A DNA stretch of 63,179 nt, the filler included, from Guillardia theta CCMP2712 (lineage: Eukaryota; Protista; Cryptophyta), in NCBI RefSeq assembly GCF_000315625.1. It is 5 parts of 5 records of this genome, joined end to end, with 100 filler letters (N's around TTAATTAATTAA, not from the genome) between each part and the next. Parts side by side here need not be neighbours in the genome. Positions count along the whole stretch, not along the records: positions 33,278 to 45,285 come from NW_005434556.1; positions 45,386 to 57,674 come from NW_005434412.1; 3 more parts are not named here. One strand, written 5' to 3'. The notes below the pieces were generated by a model. That model was not told the origin of the DNA. It ran no database searches and was given only the letters and a program-made list of their open reading frames with translations. Shown here piece by piece: positions 33,565-46,145 of this stretch. A program made the position numbers and the translations under genes. Numbering within the stretch: the stretch's first letter is position 1; every line of letters begins with the position of its first letter.

Positions 33565-33708
33565 ATCATCATCATCATCCTCATCCTCATCCTCATCCTC
33601 ATCCTCATCCTCATCCTCATCCTCATCCTCATCCTCATCCTCATCCTCATCCTCATCCTCATCATCATCATCGTCATCGTCATCGTCGTCATCATCATCA
33701 TCATCATC
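33565..33708. repeat. (CATCCT)n/(CAT)n microsatellite
   Basis: Directly visible. Confidence 0.95.
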
Positions 33709-34568
33709 TTTCCATCTTCTCTTCGCTCCTCGTCGCTGCTTGTTGTCCTTGACACGTGAAGTGACATGACAAGGGTCAATCACATGCGATGAAGACGCGA
33801 GATAGTCGCGAGGACGAGGACAAGGCTCCTTCTTCTCTTGCTGATCTCCATCGCATCTCGTCCTCTCCTCTCCTTCACTTGGATCATCCGCACTGTCCTC
33901 CCCATCAAACTGGCGGATCTATAACTCACCGTAGAAGACTTTCACAAAGTCCCGCATCTCTCTCCTCTCCTCTCCTCTCCTCTCCTCTCCTCTCCTCTCC
34001 TCTCCTCGAACGAGGCAGCAGGAGGGAAGGGAGATGCTGGCGTGAAGCTTGTGAAGCGCTTGTAGCATGAAAGGCTGGAAGAGGTGTCGATAGGTTGTGA
34101 GATGAGCTTGTAGGATCATTGCAGTGCTGATGTGAGTGGAGATGTCGTATGATGCAAGATAGGATGATCTCAGACTCAGTGAGTAAGGTACTGTTGTGAG
34201 TGCAGCGAGGGATGCTTGAGAGCGTTTACAGGAGATGAGAGATGTTTGTTGGATGTTTAATGTGTTGATGTGAGTTTGTTGTGTGTAACAAAAACCGTCA
34301 CCGAGCGAGGACTGGGAGCTTTTCTCAGAAGCTATGTTACAGATCATACATGAAGTGGCAGGAAAGGATCGCAAAGACATGAGTTTCAATGATTCTGTTC
34401 AAACTTCGTCACCTTGAGATTCTATCAATTCGTCTAGCTGTTGGTATGCTGTGGTAACAAACAGACGGGACTAGCGATCTACTGAGATCTATGGATGTAC
34501 TAGATGTTGTCTGCTACGTAACATAGATGGGTAGTCAGACAACAACTGGAGTACACCATTGCAGCGCT

Positions 34569-37500
34569 TTATTGCAGCCATTCGAGAACAATCTTTCCAT
34601 TGTCTTGTATGATTGCATTCTGCTCAAACCTTTTCATTGCAGAGGAGACAAGGTCTCCTGCACCAAGCTTTCTCATCAGACTCTGCAAATAACAAGACAT
34701 GAGTTATAAAATACTAAGAAAAACAATCACCTTGCTTTCTTTTGAACTGAAACAAGCAAGAAGATTTAAAGCCGCTTGTAGCAAATCCTCGCTGGACAAG
34801 AAAGCCTTCATGGCTGCGAGCACGGCCTCGATGCCCCCGAGCCCCGCGATCTTGACCTTGTTGTCGTCGTTGGCAGCAAGCCTCATCAGCGCCCCGCACG
34901 CCTGCTGCTGTAGGGGCTGGCTGGCGGGATGTGCACGCATGGCTGCGAGCACGGCCTCGATGCCCCCGAGCCCCGCGATCTTGACAGAGTTGTCGGCGTT
35001 GGCAGCAAGCCTTAAAAGCGCCCCGCACGCGAGCTCCTGTACAAGCTGGCTGGCGGGATGTGCTTGCAAGGCTGCGAGCACGGCCTCGATGCCCCCGAGC
35101 CCTGCGATCTTGACCTGGTTGTCGGCGTTGGCAGCAAGCCTCATCAGCGCCCCGCACGCCTGCTCCTGTACGGACTGGCTGGAGGGATGCTTGCGCATGG
35201 CTGCGAGCACGGCCTCGATGCCCCCGAGCCCCGCGATCTTGACAGAGTTGTCGTCGATGAAAGCAAGCCTCATCAGCGCCCCGCACGCCTGCTGCTGTAC
35301 GAGCTGGCTGGCGGGATGTGCACGCATGGCTGCGAGCACGGCCTCGATGCCCCCGAGCCCCGCGATCTTGACAGAGTTGTCGGCGTTGACAGCAAGCCAC
35401 AACAGCGCCCTGCACGCGTGCTGCTGTACGGACTGGCTGGCGGGATGCTTGCGCATGGCTGCGAGCACGGCCTCGATGCCCTTCACGAACATGCTGGCGG
35501 GATGTGCTTGCATGGCTGCGAGCACGGCCTCGATGCCCCCGAGCCCCGCGATTTTGGCCGAGATGTCGGCGTTGGCAGCCAGGCTCAACAGCGCCCCGCA
35601 CGCGAGCTCCTGTACAAGCTGGCTGGCGGGATGTGCACTCATGGCTGCGAGCACTGCCTCGCTGCCCCCGAGCCCCGCGATCTTGGCACGGTTGTCGGCG
35701 TTGGCAGCCAGGCTCATCAGCGCCCCGCACGCCTGCTGCTGTACAAGCTGGCTGGCGGGATGTGCACTCATGGCTGCGAGCACGGCCTCGATGCCCCCGA
35801 GCCCCGCGATCTTGACACGGTTGTCGGCGTTGGCAGCCAGATTAGCTAGCGCCCCGCACGCCTGCTGCTGTACAAGCTGGCTGTCAGGATGCTTGCGCAT
35901 GGCTGCGAGCACGGCCTCGACCATGTTGTCGGCGTTGACATCCAGGCTCCATAGCGCCCCGCACGCCTGCTCCTGTACGGACTGGCTGGCGGGATGCTTG
36001 CGCATGGCTGCGAGCACGGCCTCGATGCCCCCGAGCCCCGCGATCTTGGCCGAGATGTCGGCGTTGGCAGCCAGGCTCAATACCGCGCCGCACGCGTGCT
36101 GCTGTACAAGCTGGCTGGCGGGATGTGCTTGCATGGCTGCGAGCACGGCCTCGATGCCCCCGAGCCCTGCGATCTTGACAGAGTTGTCGGCGTTGATAGC
36201 AAGGATCATCAGCGCCCCGCACGCCTGCTCCTGTACATCCTGGCTGGCGGGATGCTTGCGCATGGCTGCGAGCACGGCCTCGATGCCCCCGAGCCCCGCG
36301 ATCTTGACAGAGTTGTCGGCGTTGGCAGCCAGGTTCCGTAGCGCCCCGCACGCCTCATCCTGTACATCCTGGCTGGCGGGATGCTTGCGCATGGCTGCGA
36401 GCACGGCCTCGATGCCCCCGAGCCCCGCGATCTTGACGTTGTTGTAGGCGTGGGCAGCCAGCCTCAACAGCGCCCCGCACGCCTGCTGATGTACGAGCTG
36501 GCTGGCGGGATGTGCGCGCATGGCTGCGAGCACGGCCTCGATGCCCCCGAGCCCCGCGATCTTGACAACGATGACAGCGTTGGCAGCAAGGTTCCATAGC
36601 GCCCCGCACGCCTGCTCCTGTACATCCTGGCTGGCGGGATGTGCTTGCATGGCTGCGAGCACGGCCTCGATGCCCCCGAGCCCCGCGATCTTGACAGAGT
36701 TGTCGTCGTTGGCAGCAAGGATCATCAGCGCCCCGCACGCGTGCTGCTGTACATCCTGGCTGGCGGGATGTGCACGCATGGCTGCAAGCACGGCCTCGAT
36801 GCCCCCGAGCCCCGCGATCTTGACCTGGTTGTTGTCGTTGACAGCCAGGCTCCATAGCGCCCCGCATGCCTCATCCTGTACGAACTGGCTGGCAGGATGT
36901 GCGCGCATGGCTGCGAGCACGGCCTCGATGCCCCCGAGCCCCGCGATCTTGACACGGTTGTCGGCGTTGGCAGCCAGATTAGCTAGCGCCCCGCACGCCT
37001 GCTCCTGTACATCCTGGCTGGCGGGATGTGCACGCATGGCTGCGAGCACGGCCTCGATGCCCCCGAGCCCCGCGATCTTGACCTTGTTGTCGGAGATGCA
37101 AACCAGGCTCATCAGCGCCCCGCATGCCTCATCCTGTACATCTTGGCTGGCGGGATGTGCACGCATGGCTGCGAGCACGGCCTCGATGCCCCCGAGCCCC
37201 GCGATCTTGACACGGTTATCGTCGTGGATAGCAAGGTTCCATAGCGCCCCGCACGCCTGCTGCTGTACAAGCTGGCTGGCGGGATGCTTGCGCATGGCTG
37301 CGAGCACGGCCTCGATGCCCCCGAGCCCTGCGATCTTGGCACGGTTGTCGGCGTTGGCAGCAAAGCTCCATAGCGCCCCGCACGCCTGCTGATGTACGGA
37401 TAGGCTGGCGGGATGTGCACGCATGGCTGCGAGCACGGCCTCGATGCCCCCGAGCCCCGCGATCTTGGCACGGTTGTCGGCGTTGGCAGCCAGATTAGCT

Positions 37501-40122
37501 AGCGCCCCGCACGCCTGCTGCTGTGCAAGCTGGCTGGCGGGATGTGCTTGCATGGCTGCGAGCACGGCCTCGATGCCCCCGAGCCCTGCGATCTTGACCT
37601 TGTTGTTGTCGTTGCGAGTCAGGCTCATCAGCGCCCCGCACGAGTGCTCCTGTACGGACTGGCTGGCGGGATGCTTGCGCATGGCTGCGAGCACGGCCTC
37701 GATGCCCCCGAGCCCCGCGATCTTGACCTTGTTGTCGTCGTTGGCAGCCAGGTTCCATAGCGCCCCGCACGCCTGCTGATGTACGAGCTGGCTGGCGGGA
37801 TGTGCACGCATGGCTGCGAGCACGGCCTCGCTGCCCCCGAGCCCCGCAATCTTGACACGGTTGTCGGCGTTGGCAGCCAGGTTCCATAGCGCCCCGCACG
37901 CCTGCTCCTGTACATCCTGGCTGGCGGGATGTGCTTGCATGGCTGCGAGCACGGCCTCGATGCCCCCGAGCCCCGCGATCTTGACAGAGTTGTCGTCGTT
38001 GGCAGCAAGGATCATCAGCGCCCCGCACGCGTGCTGCTGTACATCCTGGCTGGCGGGATGTGCACGCATGGCTGCAAGCACGGCCTCGATGCCCCCGAGC
38101 CCCGCGATCTTGACCTGGTTGTTGTCGTTGACAGCCAGGCTCCATAGCGCCCCGCATGCCTCATCCTGTACGAACTGGCTGGCAGGATGTGCGCGCATGG
38201 CTGCTGAGCACGGCCTCGATGCCCCCGAGCCCCGCGATCTTGACACGGTTGTCGGCGTTGGCAGCCAGATTAGCTAGCGCCCCGCACGCCTGCTCCTGTA
38301 CGGACTGGCTGGCAGGATGTGCACGCATGGCTGCGAGCACGGCCTCGATGCCCCCGAGCCCCGCGATCTTGACCTTGTTGTCGGCGTTGACAGCCAGGCT
38401 CCCCAGCGCCCCGCACGCGTGCTGCTGTAGGGGCTGGCTGGCGGGATGCTTGCGCATGGCTGCGAGCACGGCCTCGATGCCCCCGAGCCCTGCGATCTTG
38501 ACACGGTTGTCGGCGTTGACAGCCAGGTTCCATAGCGCCCCGCATGCCTCATCCTGTACATCCTGGCTGGCGGGATGTGCACGCATGGCTGCGAGCACGG
38601 CCTCGATGCCCCCGAGCCCCGCGATCTTGACAGAGTTGTCGGCGTTGGCAGCCAGGTTCCATAGCGCCCCGCACGCCTGCTGCTGTAGGGGCTGGCTGGC
38701 GGGATGTGCACGCATGGCTGCGAGCACGGCCTCGATGCCCCCGAGCCCCGCAATCTTGACACGGTTGTCGGCGTTGGCAGCCAGGTTCATCAGCGCCCCG
38801 CACGCCTGCTGCTGTAGGGGCTGGCTGGCAGGATGTGCACGCATGGCTGCGAGCACGGCCTCGATCCCTTTGTGCTTTTCAATTTCGACTCTTGATTTGT
38901 CGTTGGACTCTGCCAGGTCTCCCAGTATTTCGCATGCGTACATCTGTACATCCTTTCTCAATTGATGTGCCTTCACAATCTTCTTTCCCATTGCTCTTAT
39001 GACAAGCTCTATTCCTCTTCGTTTCATCTCGCCCTTGTTTCCAGGTCTTTGCAGCTCCTTCAAGATTCTCACGATCTCCTCTGCGCTGCTCGCTTGCTCC
39101 AGTTGGTCTATCATGTGCTGTTTTGCCATGGAGCTGCTCGAGGTCTGGTTGGATGGCGACACATGGCTGGATTTCCTTTTTGAGCTTTTCGATTCTTCAA
39201 CACCTGCAGCACCCGAGTCTGACTTGTTTGCGTGAAGCTCCTTCTTCTGAGCCAATCCAACACCTCCTGATTCAGCTCCCAGCTTCGCCATACTTGCCTC
39301 TGTTGGTGCTACAGCATTCCTACCAGCCTCGCAAGCTGCTGTATCGATTTTGTCACCGTCTTGATCTTCATCATGACGTTCAAATCCTTCTGTCTTTACT
39401 TTCTTTCGCTGAGGACCTTCGTCTCCTGGTGGTCGATCGTGAGTGTCTTGCCGTCTGCTCCATGTGATCACATCGCTTGACACCCGAGCCAGCAGGTGAC
39501 TCCCAGGGCATGCAAACCGAGACAAGTCCTTGACATTCGCATGCAGCGAGAGGTTCCGACCCATCCAGTAGTACAGCTTCTTGGCGAACTTGATCGCGTC
39601 CTCGTCTGCTACTGCTGCCTCGTGCCCGATCACAAAGTCCACATGCTTGATCAGCTCCTGCGCTACGACGCCCGACCAGCACAAGTTGAGCACCACCAGA
39701 CGCAGCTTCTTGCTCCCCTTGACCACGTGACTCAGAGACCTTGCAAGCTGCTCAGCGGAGATGCTCTTGCCTCCTATCTCGATGTTGCCGCTCTCGGTGC
39801 CATGGCAGGCCAGGTGGAGGATGACGGGCTGATGATCGTCAATCTCACACATGAGGTCTCCGAAGTCCCGGTAGAAGCTCGACTCAAAGCTCATGCTCTC
39901 AGCAAACTTGATGAACGCCGCGTCTCCTTTGAGGCGAGCTCCTTTCATAAACTCCTCTCTGATCTCCTCAACATCCAAGTCGCTGCGCTCCTTCGCGTCG
40001 GCGAAGAAGAGGACCTTGTGAGGGAGGTCGGATGAGAAGAGAGGGTCGTTGGTATCGTCTGCTACATGGTCGAGCTGCTGGTCCTTGCAGCAGACGCAGA
40101 TCTTGCTGAGCGTACTTGTCAT
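34569..40122 (-). CDS. CHAT-like (caspase/HetF clan) domain plus about 32 tandem 43-aa armadillo repeats; one +1 frameshift near 38205; short 3' exon 34682-34569
   Basis: N-terminal VILHLACHG and LVVLNLCWS (His/Cys dyad pattern of CHAT). Repeats KIAGLGGIEAVLAAMRAHPASQxVQxxACGALxxLAxNxDNxV. ctgctgagca at 38201-38210 versus consensus ctgcgagca. Intron 34730-34683 joins ESK|SLMRKLGAG...WLQ*. Confidence 0.85.
34805..38868 (-). repeat. 129-bp coding tandem repeat (ARM units)
   Basis: gcatggctgcgagcacggcctcgatgcccccgagccccgcgatcttg recurs every 129 bp. Confidence 0.97.
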
Positions 40123-40318
40123 GGTCTGTCAGGTCATGGGGGAGGAAGAGGAGGGAAGGCGCTAGTGCGTCAAAATTGCCATGAGCTCCTGCCGCGATGA
40201 CCTCTGAGCATGGGCAGCGGCTCTCACGAGCGCCAATCAAATATATACATACTAGAGAAGCGGAGGATGAAGGGGAAAGAGGAGGAGGGAGAAGATTGGG
40301 AAGACTAGCTAGAGAGAG

Positions 40319-40671
40319 CAAGACAAGACGAGAGGAAGAGATCAAGACAAGACGAGAGGAAGAGATCAAGACAAGACGAGAGGAAGAGATCAAGACAAGA
40401 CGAGAGGAAGAGATCAAGACAAGACGAGAGGAAGAGATCAAGACAAGACGAGAGGAAGAGATCAAAACAAGACGAGAGGAAGAGATCAAGACAAGACGAG
40501 AGGAAGAGATCAAGACAAGACGAGAGGAAGAGATCAAGACAAGACGAGAGGAAGAGATCAAGACAAGACGAGAGGAAGAGATCAAGACAAGACGAGAGGA
40601 AGAGATCAAGACAAGACGAGAGGAAGAGATCAAGACAAGACGAGAGGAAGAGATCAAGACAAGACGAGAGG
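40319..40671. repeat. 24-bp minisatellite (caagacaagacgagaggaagagat), about 15 copies
   Basis: Directly visible; about 200 bp upstream of the CHAT-ARM start codon. Confidence 0.96.
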
Positions 40672-41181
40672 ATGAGAGCGGGAGGGAGGCGAGAGGAACA
40701 GAGAGAGGAGCAGAGAGAGGAACAGAGAGAGGAACAGAGAGGAACGGAGAGAGGAACAGGAGACTGGTGTATGAGGGGGTCTATCAATAGGGATTCGAAG
40801 GGGTAGTTAGAGTTAAAGTAGGGGGTGGGGGTCATTCCGGAGAATCATTCCTAGCAGGGTGACCCCACCTATGACTCATCAGCAATGAGGGGCCACCCCC
40901 ACTCCCCTGCCCGGGGCCCGCCGATCGGATGGCCGCGTGACACTGAGACTGGGGCGGCCGGCAGGTAAACCCCGGCATGTTTGGAAATGGGTCGGCGAGC
41001 GACCGTACCGTCCGATGCTGCCGTGCGACGAGGAGCCGCAGGAAGTTCCTCAGGAGGTTGCGACGAGGAGCCGCAGGAGGTTGCGACGAGGAGCCGCAGG
41101 AGGAGCCGCAGGAGGCTCCTCGGGAACCAGGGAGGGGAGGAGGAGGAGGAGGAAAGTCGGTTGGGGGGAGGAGCGGAAAGA

Positions 41182-42630
41182 TCAGGGTCGTTCATTAGCA
41201 GGGAGGCCTCGGGCTATCCTGGTGAGGACAACAGGATGATGGATCATGCCGTCCTCCTCTATGATGTAGTTGAACTGATCGCCCGAAGCTTCAGCCCTCG
41301 CACCGTAGAGTTGATCTGATGAGGAAGTGAGAAGGACGAGGAGGAGGAGAGGGAGGAGGAGAGGGGGGAGGAGAGGGAGGCGGCGGCGGTGGAGAGATTG
41401 AGGGGAAGGAGGGGCAGAGAAGAGGAAGGAGTGGGGGGACGATGCAGCGGAGGAAGTGAAGTGAGTGAGCGAGGAAGGAGGATTCGGACCTGCTGGGCAG
41501 CAAAGTTGAGAGGTTGGATGTCGTAGCTGGTGATGCTCTTGGTTGTCGTTCCTCCTGCAAAGCCAACGATGAGGAACAGAGAAAGAGACGAGAAGGAGGA
41601 GAGGAGAGGAGAGGAGAGGAGAGGAGATGAGAGAGGAGAGGAGAGGGGAGGAGAGGAGAGGAGAGGAGAGAGAGAGGACAGGAGAGGAGATGATAGAGGG
41701 AGAAGAGAGGAGAAGAGAGGAGAAGAGAGGAGAGAGGAGAGAAGAGAGGAGAGGAGAGGGGAGGGGAGAGGGGAGAAGAGAGGAGAGGAGAGGGGAGAGG
41801 GGAGAGGAGAGGAGAGAAGTACGAAGCTGCTCGCCTAAGAATGTATGTGATGTGATGAAAATCTCATCGATGTCGCGGGGAATGACCTGCAAACCTTTAG
41901 AGAAGCGCTTGCCTTGCTGCTGCTGCTGTCCTAGCTCCCCTCCTACTCCCGCGCTCCTGCTCCTGCGATCCACCTGCTTCCCTGCTCTTGTCTTCGCCTA
42001 GAACTTCCGCCTTTCTCACCTCAATCTTCACGATGTGATGATCCGCGTGCCATTTCACCATCCACGTGAAGACTGGAGCTGCTGTTAGCGAGAGAACGGA
42101 ACGAGACAAAAGCAACAAGAGCGATGTTGACATGCAAGTTGATACATAACATGTCCAAGAATGCATGTTGATACGTTACATGTTCGGAACATGTCACACA
42201 ACATCTTAAACATTGATCTATCAGATGTTGATAGCTCGAAATTCTCACATTCTTTCACAAGCATCATCGTGAACAGAACATTTCTCACCTATTGAAATCC
42301 CTCCTCCCAACAGAATCCACCATTTACTCATCAACAAACTTGCCCCTAAGACATTGACATCCATATTGAGCAAGTTGATTATTGAAATGCTGTGACAAAT
42401 CTCAGTCATCGAAACTTCCTTGCTTTTCCCCTCCACTTTCCCTTTCTCCCTCCTCTTTCCCTCCCTCCTCCATTCTCCATCCTTTCACCCTCCTCCTTCC
42501 TGCCGCCTCCCCCCCCCCCGGGTTCTCCTCACCTCCCCCACAGTCCAATCTGTCCAAGTCCGACTGTGGAGAGAGCAGCAAAGAACAATGTGCGAGGCTG
42601 CCTGCGTAAACATCAGGGCTCAATATTTTT

Positions 42631-42665
<35 letters not shown>

Positions 42666-42995
42666 CATCATCATTCTCTCCATGATCATCATCTCCATCC
42701 TCCTCCTCCTCCTCCTCCTCTCCATCATCATCATCCTCCTCTCCATCATCATCATCATCATATCATTCTCATCATCATCTTGATCATCCTCCTCTTCGTC
42801 GTGCTCTTCCTCCTCCTCTCCATCATCATCATCTCAATCCTCATTCTCCTCATCATCGTTATCGCAGCATCTTCTTACTCATAGATGCATGTCTTCACAC
42901 CGACGGGAATGTGCATAGTCGGGTTCTTCTTCGTGTAGTCTGCCCTACCCTTGCTTGCCTTCTTGGACATCCAACGAACATGCGCAAGGGCCTGC

Positions 42996-43037
<42 letters not shown>

Positions 43038-43258
43038 CCTATCAGCATCGCCATGCTGCCCACTGTCGTTCTGCTCCTCAGGCCCCACAGGCTCGAGGAG
43101 GCCGGCATGATCGGATGCAACCTAGAGTAGGACAGGCTCCGGAGCATGCCCGGCAGATAGTGGGCGCTGAACGAGGAAGAGCAGGGACGGCGAGAGAGGA
43201 CGAGACGGGCCCACCCCCTCGCATTGGCAGCCAGCATCGTGCTTGCCTGACATGACAA
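41182..43258 (-). CDS. Multi-exon gene for a probable mitochondrial membrane protein (tentatively TMEM70/186/223-like)
   Basis: First exon is an Arg/Ser-rich transit-like peptide (…HVRWMSKK). Later exon-like pieces VFTWMVKWHADHHIVKIEV, IDEIFITSHTFLGEQ and FNYIIEEDGMIHHPVVLTRI are separated by microsatellite-filled introns. Family assignment is weak. Confidence 0.4.
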
Positions 43259-43544
43259 TCAGGAGGAAAAAGGACACAAAAAGGACGAGGCAAGAATGAA
43301 ACCGTCCAATGCTTCTGATCAACCAACTTGAAACTTCCATCTCATCGACCCTCACCTATACACATCCTGATCACTTGACCGATCTACCACTCCATCACCT
43401 GCAGAGTTTGCTCCAACTTTCGTCTACATCTTGGCTGAGGTCTCTGCTTTTCTGAAGATCCTCTTTTCTCGCTCGCCTGCTTCTTTCTCAAACCCATCCT
43501 CCTGTCCCGCAACCGCCTGCCTGCTGCCTGATATTCCTTTTTCT

Positions 43545-43589
<45 letters not shown>

Positions 43590-44128
43590 CCATGTTCCCA
43601 GCATCAAGATCCTCGGCATTGTTTTCGTAGAGTAACTAAAACTTGCACTACATCATATTTAATACTTCTATAGTAAACCACCACCTAGTATCGATATACA
43701 TTGTATATTAAAGAAAATTATTCCCATCTTTAATAATAAATGATTTTATTTTGCCTTTCTGGTATAACAGCAAAAACTAGTTTTCAATGTTGCTATTGAG
43801 TCAGCAAGGATGATATTATATATGATATTGTAAATTTTTAATTGACTAAATTTACATACCAGGTTTTAAAAGTTCGCCCCGTCATAAAGCGGATGCTCTG
43901 GAAGCCCAGTACCCCCACCCTTTCCAGAAACATGCACCCCTGTATTGTGTACCCCTACCTACCAATTTGCTCTACCTCCCTTTGTTTGCTCTGTAAAACC
44001 AAGTCAGAATACAACCCAGATAATACCCCCACCCCTATTATTCACATCACCCTACCCCTACAAAATGTATTAGGACCCCACCCCCTTTATATGTTCCCCC
44101 CTTCCTTGTTCCAGTCGTACAGCGCGTT

Positions 44129-45285
44129 ATGGCCTCCTCCCTTCTCCTGCTTGTCAGCGTCGGGAGCGCAGGAGCGTTCCTGGCTCCCTCCCCCCTCTCC
44201 CCCATCTCCTCCTCCTCCCTCTCTAATGCCGCCATCTCCTCCTCCCTCCCCTCCTTCTCCTCCTCGCCCTCCAGGTCCGTTTGCGGCGGTCTGTACATGG
44301 CCAAGGGCAAGGGAGTTCCTATCAACATGAGGGGAGAGATGCAGAAACGTGCTCAGATGGAGCAGGTGAGGCAGCAGATGATGGGAGACGACAGCGATGG
44401 CCTTCCTGTCTTCAACGTCTTCGTCCGCAGCAAGAGGGCCGGCATCTGGTACCCTGCCGGCACCCTCAAGGGAGACGCCCGCTCTAAGTCTCTGGTGGAG
44501 GCCTGGAGGGACAACTCGCTCTTCCTCAAGGACCAGTACAAGGTGAGCCCATGCACATGCCAGCAGTCCTCCCCTCTTGCTCGCTCCTGCTGCCGCCGCT
44601 CCTTCCTCCCCTTGCTCGCTCCCTCATTGGTTTGTTGATCTTGTTGAACCTTGCAACTGCAACTGTTTCTTCCTCCGCTCTCTCTCCCGCACCCGCTCCT
44701 CCCCGCTCTCCTCCTCCTCTCTACCCATGTTCTCCTCATGGCTCTTCTCCTTCCCTCTCCTCCTCTCTCCTCATCTTCTCCTCTCTGACCATAGCGCAGT
44801 CGACCCTGGACAAGGGCATGGCCAAGTCACTCTTCGAGTCCAAGGACAAGTTTGTGGAGTCGGTCATCAAGATGTATCCTCAGCTCAAGAACTCGCGCGG
44901 AGAGCTGGAGTTCGGGTACAGGGTCAGGATCCCCGGACTGGAGGAGAAGATGAAGGCGGAGGGTAGAGAGGAGGAGCTCAAGGTGAGAGGAGTGGGAGGG
45001 AGGCGAGAGGTGGAGGATGGGGAGGTGGAGGCGGGAGGTGGAGGAGGCAGGTGGAGGAGGTGGCAGGTGGAGGTGGAGGAAGATGTAGGAGATAGAAACG
45101 CGTTCAAGGTGGAGAGTGAGCAAAGGAGGAGGAGAAGGAGATGGAAGAGGAGGAGGAGGAGATGGAAGAGGAGGAGGATATGGAAGAGGAGGAGGACGAT
45201 ATTGTTGTTGATGCACCTTCTGCTGACTTGTTGCTGGCAGACCTCTCTTCTCGAAGAGAACATGACGAAGGGATTCCTTGAGAAC
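44129..45285 (+). CDS. HHL1: Plastid-targeted HHL1-like protein; exons 44129-44542, 44800-44982, 45241 to gap
   Basis: Signal peptide + AGA|F + Ser-rich transit peptide. FNVFVRSKRAGIWYPAGTLKG...QYK|STLDKGMAKSLF...YPQLK...EFGYRV matches my recollection of HHL1-type proteins. Confidence 0.7.
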
Positions 45286-45385
45286 NNNNNNNNNNNNNNN
45301 NNNNNNNNNNNNNNNNNNNNNNNNNNNNNTTAATTAATTAANNNNNNNNNNNNNNNNNNNNNNNNNNNNNNNNNNNNNNNNNNNN
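45286..45385. other. Assembly gap with artificial linker
   Basis: N44-TTAATTAATTAA-N44. Confidence 0.97.
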
Positions 45386-45615
45386 CGAGGAGAACGGAGG
45401 ACGGAGGACGAGGAGGAGGAGGTTGTTTTTGTTGGGGGAGTGGGGTGGGGGGGAAGCGGGGTGGGCGGAAGGAGCATGGAGAGTAGCTTGATATATCGCA
45501 AGATGACAGGCCGTCAGCTCAGTCTTTGTGAGAGAAAACCTGACCTTGAATAGCAGGACTCGTGAGATGGAGAAGACGTTGCGATGAAAGAGCAAGTATC
45601 CGACCCACGTAGCAA

Positions 45616-46110
45616 GTGGTACATGTGCTTGCATGCGTTTTCATTCCTGTAAACCTTGATCCGATCAGGGGCAAGGACGAGGAGGTTCTCCAGAGCCTAG
45701 TGTTCATCCGACCTCAAGCATGCACGGTCGAGGCCGTCGCGCTGGTCAAGGCAACGCTGCAGGTCTACGGGCTGAGCATCGTGAGCGAAGGCGAGATCCC
45801 TTACAGCTACATCCGAGCCAAGAGCATAGTCGATCGAGTCTACTGCAAGCGAGCTGAGATGTACCTGGAGACGTCGATAGGAACAAGTCTGATAGGTTGC
45901 CTCAGGTCCTGCCGGGCCGATATGGATGACGTCACTGCTGTAAACGTGGGGCTCTTTGCCTCCTCCTTCCACATGGAGTGGGAGGAAGCAGTCCGATCAG
46001 GACGAGTTCTGAGTGCGAGGAAGGCGATGGAGAGCTTGAAGTGCTCGCCCAAGATTTTGAACGACATGTGCAATCAGGTGAGGGAGGAGGAGGAGGAAGA
46101 GGAGGAGGAG

Positions 46111-46145
<35 letters not shown>

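Noticed and set aside
34805-38868. TALE or PPR nucleic-acid-binding repeats
   Set aside because: The 43-aa period and the GGIEAVL..M / ACGAL.NLA pattern fit armadillo repeats; TALE is only an analogy.
34699-38965. Long plus-strand ORFs (MAASTASMPPSPAIL...)
   Set aside because: Antisense shadows of the ARM repeats.
39968-42884. Low-complexity ORFs (ISSSRLVL, IKTRREEE, poly-M/H)
   Set aside because: Translations of mini- and microsatellites.
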